Of a stretch of DNA of 33,967 nt, positions 29,871 to 33,967 are shown piece after piece (position 1 is the first letter of the stretch; every line of letters starts with the position of its first letter). The notes below the pieces were generated by a model. The model saw only the letters and a program-made list of their open reading frames with translations, was not told where the DNA came from and did not search any database. The position numbers were made by a program, and so were the translations under genes. Origin of the DNA: an uncultured Candidatus Sumerlaeota bacterium (GTDB lineage Bacteria > CAYMEV01); assembly GCA_964389675.1 (NCBI GenBank), contig CAYMEV010000014.1:62001-95967 (forward strand). The letters are read 5' to 3'.

Positions 29871-30266
29871 ATGATAATCCTGACAGAAGAAGAAAAGAAG
29901 CTGGCAAAGCTTCAGATAATGGCAAACTTTATCAGACAATTCTGGGATGATCATGACAACAGTGACTATTATGATATTATAGACAATAAGCTTGACCTGG
30001 GCTATCTCGGCCATGACGGGGAATTCATAGAAATAAGCGAGACTGATGCTTCATGGGATGATGTGTTTTTTTCAATGGAAATATCAGGCAAAAGGCAATG
30101 CCTGATAAATCCCGACTGTGATTTTATCATATTCAGTTCCCTTGATGCAGTCCTTGAGAGGGAATCTGACTGGCAGAAAGAGGACAGTGCTGATGACTGG
30201 AGCCATAAGATAATGGAATTTCAGGAGATGGAGGATGATATCCTGGATCTTCTCTGGTGGGATTAG
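29871..30266 (+). CDS. Highly acidic, Trp-rich hypothetical protein
   Basis: AAGGGGG RBS; D/E-rich sequence ending DDILDLLWWD. Confidence 0.7.
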   Translation: MIILTEEEKKLAKLQIMANFIRQFWDDHDNSDYYDIIDNKLDLGYLGHDGEFIEISETDASWDDVFFSMEISGKRQCLINPDCDFIIFSSLDAVLERESDWQKEDSADDWSHKIMEFQEMEDDILDLLWWD

Positions 30267-30268
30267 TC

Positions 30269-30835
30269 CTACCTGTCGGCTTTGAGAAGTATTGCCTTTA
30301 TCAGCCTTATAAAAAATTTTCGTTTTTCCCTGTCAGGCCTTCTGCCTGTGTTTTGTCTGTTCATAAGGTCTATAACAGATTTCAGGGCCCTGTTATCGTT
30401 CATAATAATGTCCATATCCTCAGGTATCTCAATATTAAATGATTCTCTGCCATTATCATGTGCTTTTTCTTCCGGCTGGCGTGTCCCGGGATATTCATCA
30501 CCCTGCTGTATCTCTCTGAATTCTGATGCAGTAAAAAGAACAGCTCTCTCCCGTGAATAATCTTTCCAGCCGCACTCATGGAACAGAATCCTGGAAAACA
30601 GGACAAGGTCCCTGCCATTAGGGTTTACTTTGCCTGCTCTCGGATATACTTCAAAAAGCAGCCTTATTGAGCGCTTGTCAGCTGATATAAGTTCCAGCCT
30701 CTTTATGGAGGCATATCTGGCATTGAACTTTGCCAGGGCATATTCTATATCATTTTTCTTATCCCTCAGGGATATGGATCTTCCTTTTTCATTCGGGGAT
30801 TTAAGCCTGAAAGTAACAGCATACTGTTTTATCAT
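30269..30835 (-). CDS. Hypothetical basic protein
   Basis: Long ORF; AAAGGAG RBS favours the MIKQY start at 30835; convergent with the 29871 gene, 2-nt gap. Confidence 0.65.
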   Translation of the reverse strand: MIKQYAVTFRLKSPNEKGRSISLRDKKNDIEYALAKFNARYASIKRLELISADKRSIRLLFEVYPRAGKVNPNGRDLVLFSRILFHECGWKDYSRERAVLFTASEFREIQQGDEYPGTRQPEEKAHDNGRESFNIEIPEDMDIIMNDNRALKSVIDLMNRQNTGRRPDREKRKFFIRLIKAILLKADR

Positions 30836-31011
30836 TAGCCTGCTCCTTTGATAAATATAATAGATCAAATGTGCATGCTGTTCAAATATAATTTTATTCT
30901 TCCAAAAATATGATCATAATTATTCTTTATAATTTGCATGACTGATAGCATATATGTATACTGATAAATATCCCAAAATACCAAATGTATCTTCTGGGAG
31001 GTTTAGATTAG

Positions 31012-31191
31012 ATGAAGAACCTGGTCCCGCGGTTTATTCTGGATAAGTACAGCAAAAACCTACTCTCCGGCAAATTTAAGGCCTATACCATGTTCATTGA
31101 TATATCAGGCTTTACCCCGATGACCCAGGACCTTATGTCCCATGGCAATATCTGGTATGCAAAATTTCTTTTGTGTTTTAAAAATTATTGA
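31012..31191 (+). pseudogene. Truncated N-terminal fragment of a class III cyclase paralogue
   Basis: GGAGGT RBS then MKNLVPRFILDKYSKNLLSGKFKAYTMFIDISGFTPMTQDLMSHG, colinear with the first 45 aa of the 26907 gene; then 14 unrelated codons and TGA. Confidence 0.85.
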
Positions 31192-31241
31192 AAAGACTTT
31201 GCATAAAAGATTTTTGTAATATGGACAGACTTTTCTTATGC

Positions 31242-33967
31242 TCAGTTAATATCGGTTAATTTGTAATTTATTATTATTTCTCCAGTTCTTGAATCTATTT
31301 CACAAATAAATTGCTCCATAGGATGCATTGGCTTAATTAAAATTGTATATATTTTATTTCCATAAAATTTTAGAAATGAATTGCTATAACTGTAAATATT
31401 ATAATCTGTTGTCTTATTCTGCCATATTACAGTACCTGTCTTAACATCAACTGCATATAAAAAATCATAGAAAGAACCAAATCCGCTAATATCAAGTCTA
31501 TATATAATATCTGAACATAGCAGCAATTGGGAAGCATAGCCATAATCGCCGGGTAAAAAGCAAGACTCCATCCATCTATTAATACCTGTATTGATGTCCA
31601 TATACTGCAGATAGCTAAAATTCTCCAGGGAGCCTGGGCGGGGCGGTCTTTGTTCTTCCATAATGATCTCACCCTGCAGATTTTTAAGAGGATAATAAGC
31701 TGTCCCTATATGTGGTGATATTTTTCCCGGGACTCTGCTTACAAAACATAAGTGATTTTCAAATGTGAATATCTCTCCTCTAACTTCACCATTTGTTCTG
31801 TATTTCCATAATCCAATTCCGCTATTCTTATCAATAGCATAGATGTTCCAATTCCAATTTCCAATAAAGATTATATCATTGCAGATTGTAGGAGTTGAGC
31901 TGATACCTCCACTTATATGGAATATCCATTGTGTTCTGCCATTAAAACGGTCTATTGCATAAACATATCCCCTGTCTGTCCCAAAATACAGAATATCATT
32001 ATTAAGTAATGGTTTTGAAAGAACATTTCCAACAATTTCAATTTTCCACTTTTCTTTGCCGTTTTTTGAATCTATAGCAAGGAAAAAATTATTAGAACCT
32101 GTCAAATTAATGGGTGTACTTCCTGACTTATGAATAAAACAGCTTCCTATATATATATTATCTTCATATATAACTGGAGGAGAATTAAGAATTTTCTGAC
32201 CAAGATCATATTTCCATACAAGGTCACCTGTAGTGAGATCCACTGCGTAGTATGCATTAGATATTACCTTCTCTTCAAAGTCACTTAATATTTTTTTTAT
32301 GGTCTTTCCTTTCATTCCTTTTTCCAGCTTTGTTTTTAATTCAGAGTCATTAATTTCTCTTCTTGTACTGCTTACGATACCTGCCTCAAATAATAATATA
32401 GGCAGGTCGAAAGCAGATGACACTTTAAAAAGTGATGCAGGTGCGACCTCTTCAAATGGATACTTTACAGAATGTATTATTTTCCCTTTATGAATATCAT
32501 ATGCTGAAATATGGCATTCTGACGGATATATCCGTATGTCTTTTTCTTTTTGTTTGTTTATAAGATCATAGAAAACTATAATATTTTCTGATGATAATGG
32601 ATATGATGCAGCCAGATCTCGCTGCCTAGTTTCCCAGCGGAATTTATCCTGCATACTCGAAATAGCGTATAAAGCTGTGTAGCAGACATCACTGTTATAT
32701 AACTCTGTTCCATAATACATTACTTCATCATGTATTACCGCGGGTGAATTAAGCTCATCAACGATATAGTAATAACTGCTGCAAAGCCTCGGATTGTGGG
32801 GCTGGTGCTTGTCCCTATTTTCAGGAATACCAAAAATGCTGCCACTCGATCTTCGATAGTTTTCATTGCCTGTTCGCCACCATGTATTACCAATACCAAT
32901 CTGATGGATCATCTCTCCTGAGATTATTATCTGATTACTGGGTATTTCTGATTCTAATTCTTCTACTCTATATTCTGCAGGAATATTGGTATAGATTTCC
33001 CTGCAATAGATTTCATATTTCCAATCTTCTGTACCTGTGTGTGCATTAAAGCAGTACAGATATTTGTAACCGTATTTTTTTTCATTATCATCAACGATGC
33101 CGGTAAAATAGACCCTTCCTTTATTCACAGCACATTGCATTATCTTTTGAAATGGGCCTGCTTTCCAGATCTCCCTGCCTGAATCTGCATCCACTGCATG
33201 AAAGTGATCTGTACCCAGAAATACAATTCCCTCGTATATGGCAGGAGAGTTCCTGGTAGATGCTCCCATGCTGATCTTCCAGATGAGATTCCCTTCTGTG
33301 TCTATGGAATATAAATGGCCATCCTGGCAGTTTATGAATATTCTGCCTTTATATATGGCAGGTGTTGTTTTAATTTCTCCCTGAGTTTTATACTTCCATA
33401 CAATATTGCCTGTCCCGGTATCTAATTTGTATAAATGCCTGTCCATACTGCCTATATACAGAGAACCCTCATAGATCTTGGGACTGGACAGGTGAAGTCC
33501 AGGGATCTCGGATCTCCATATCATGTCTCCATTGTCCTTATTAAGCGCATATACATATCCGTATGCAGTGCCGAAATAGACTGTACCATCAAGGATAACA
33601 GGGGAGGAGAAGACAGCAGGAGCAACAGGTCTTGAATAATCTGTAACATCCTCCCTCTTTACAGATGGCCTGCCTATTCTGGCCACCCATTCTTCCTTTC
33701 CTGAATCAATATCTACTGCATAAAAATGGCCATCATCCGTGCCAAAATATATTATTCTGTTAAATACTGCCGGTGTGGAGTGTATTAAACCCCCGTGCTT
33801 TATTTTATAGATTAGATTACCCTTACAAAGCTGTGGTCCATCCTCTGGCTGTTCCTCTTCAATATGGATTCCCCTTATTCCATCGCCCGGATATACTCCT
33901 GTATTCTGAAGATCTCCACCGAACTGGGGGGCAAAGCCCGGATAATCTATATGCCATACTCCATCCT
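31242..33967 (-). CDS. PQQ-like/BamB-type multi-beta-propeller protein (5' partial)
   Basis: Many SSPxIxxGxVYFGxxDGxxYAxDxxxGxxxW repeats. The frame stays open beyond 33686 to the window edge (QFGGDLQNTG...STPAVFNRIIYFGTDDGHFYAVD). Confidence 0.9.
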   Translation of the reverse strand, partial: DGVWHIDYPGFAPQFGGDLQNTGVYPGDGIRGIHIEEEQPEDGPQLCKGNLIYKIKHGGLIHSTPAVFNRIIYFGTDDGHFYAVDIDSGKEEWVARIGRPSVKREDVTDYSRPVAPAVFSSPVILDGTVYFGTAYGYVYALNKDNGDMIWRSEIPGLHLSSPKIYEGSLYIGSMDRHLYKLDTGTGNIVWKYKTQGEIKTTPAIYKGRIFINCQDGHLYSIDTEGNLIWKISMGASTRNSPAIYEGIVFLGTDHFHAVDADSGREIWKAGPFQKIMQCAVNKGRVYFTGIVDDNEKKYGYKYLYCFNAHTGTEDWKYEIYCREIYTNIPAEYRVEELESEIPSNQIIISGEMIHQIGIGNTWWRTGNENYRRSSGSIFGIPENRDKHQPHNPRLCSSYYYIVDELNSPAVIHDEVMYYGTELYNSDVCYTALYAISSMQDKFRWETRQRDLAASYPLSSENIIVFYDLINKQKEKDIRIYPSECHISAYDIHKGKIIHSVKYPFEEVAPASLFKVSSAFDLPILLFEAGIVSSTRREINDSELKTKLEKGMKGKTIKKILSDFEEKVISNAYYAVDLTTGDLVWKYDLGQKILNSPPVIYEDNIYIGSCFIHKSGSTPINLTGSNNFFLAIDSKNGKEKWKIEIVGNVLSKPLLNNDILYFGTDRGYVYAIDRFNGRTQWIFHISGGISSTPTICNDIIFIGNWNWNIYAIDKNSGIGLWKYRTNGEVRGEIFTFENHLCFVSRVPGKISPHIGTAYYPLKNLQGEIIMEEQRPPRPGSLENFSYLQYMDINTGINRWMESCFLPGDYGYASQLLLCSDIIYRLDISGFGSFYDFLYAVDVKTGTVIWQNKTTDYNIYSYSNSFLKFYGNKIYTILIKPMHPMEQFICEIDSRTGEIIINYKLTDIN

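Noticed and set aside
30269-30835. IS200-like transposase
   Set aside because: Size is similar but there is no HUH motif and no recognisable terminal hairpins.
1-33967. Diversity-generating retroelement, prophage or integrative element
   Set aside because: No reverse transcriptase, integrase, phage structural gene or adenine-specific repeat pair was seen.

Overview
Gene-dense, AT-rich bacterial window, probably from an anaerobe's draft assembly (one 100-N gap at 15103-15202). It carries an Fe-S/redox cluster (two ferredoxins, SAM methyltransferase, CGGC protein, radical SAM, DUF89 phosphatase, Fe-S flavoprotein), two large secreted multidomain proteins (SBBP-like beta-propeller; agmatine/peptidyl-arginine deiminase), a perR-katA-ybaN operon, membrane proteases, an sAC-like cyclase-STAND-TPR protein next to HD and SLOG genes, a three-ORF unit behind a sigma54-type promoter, and a 5'-truncated PQQ-like propeller gene. 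The most unusual element is 14403-15516: a PxGVTISP tandem-repeat protein whose C-terminus matches the register of type III secretion needle (SctF/PrgI-like) subunits, convergent with a TPR-glycosyltransferase-FkbM fusion. A truncated paralogue of the cyclase (31012-31191) is missing from the ORF track. No rRNA, tRNA, CRISPR array or transposase was recognised. All family calls come from motif recognition by eye, not database searches.
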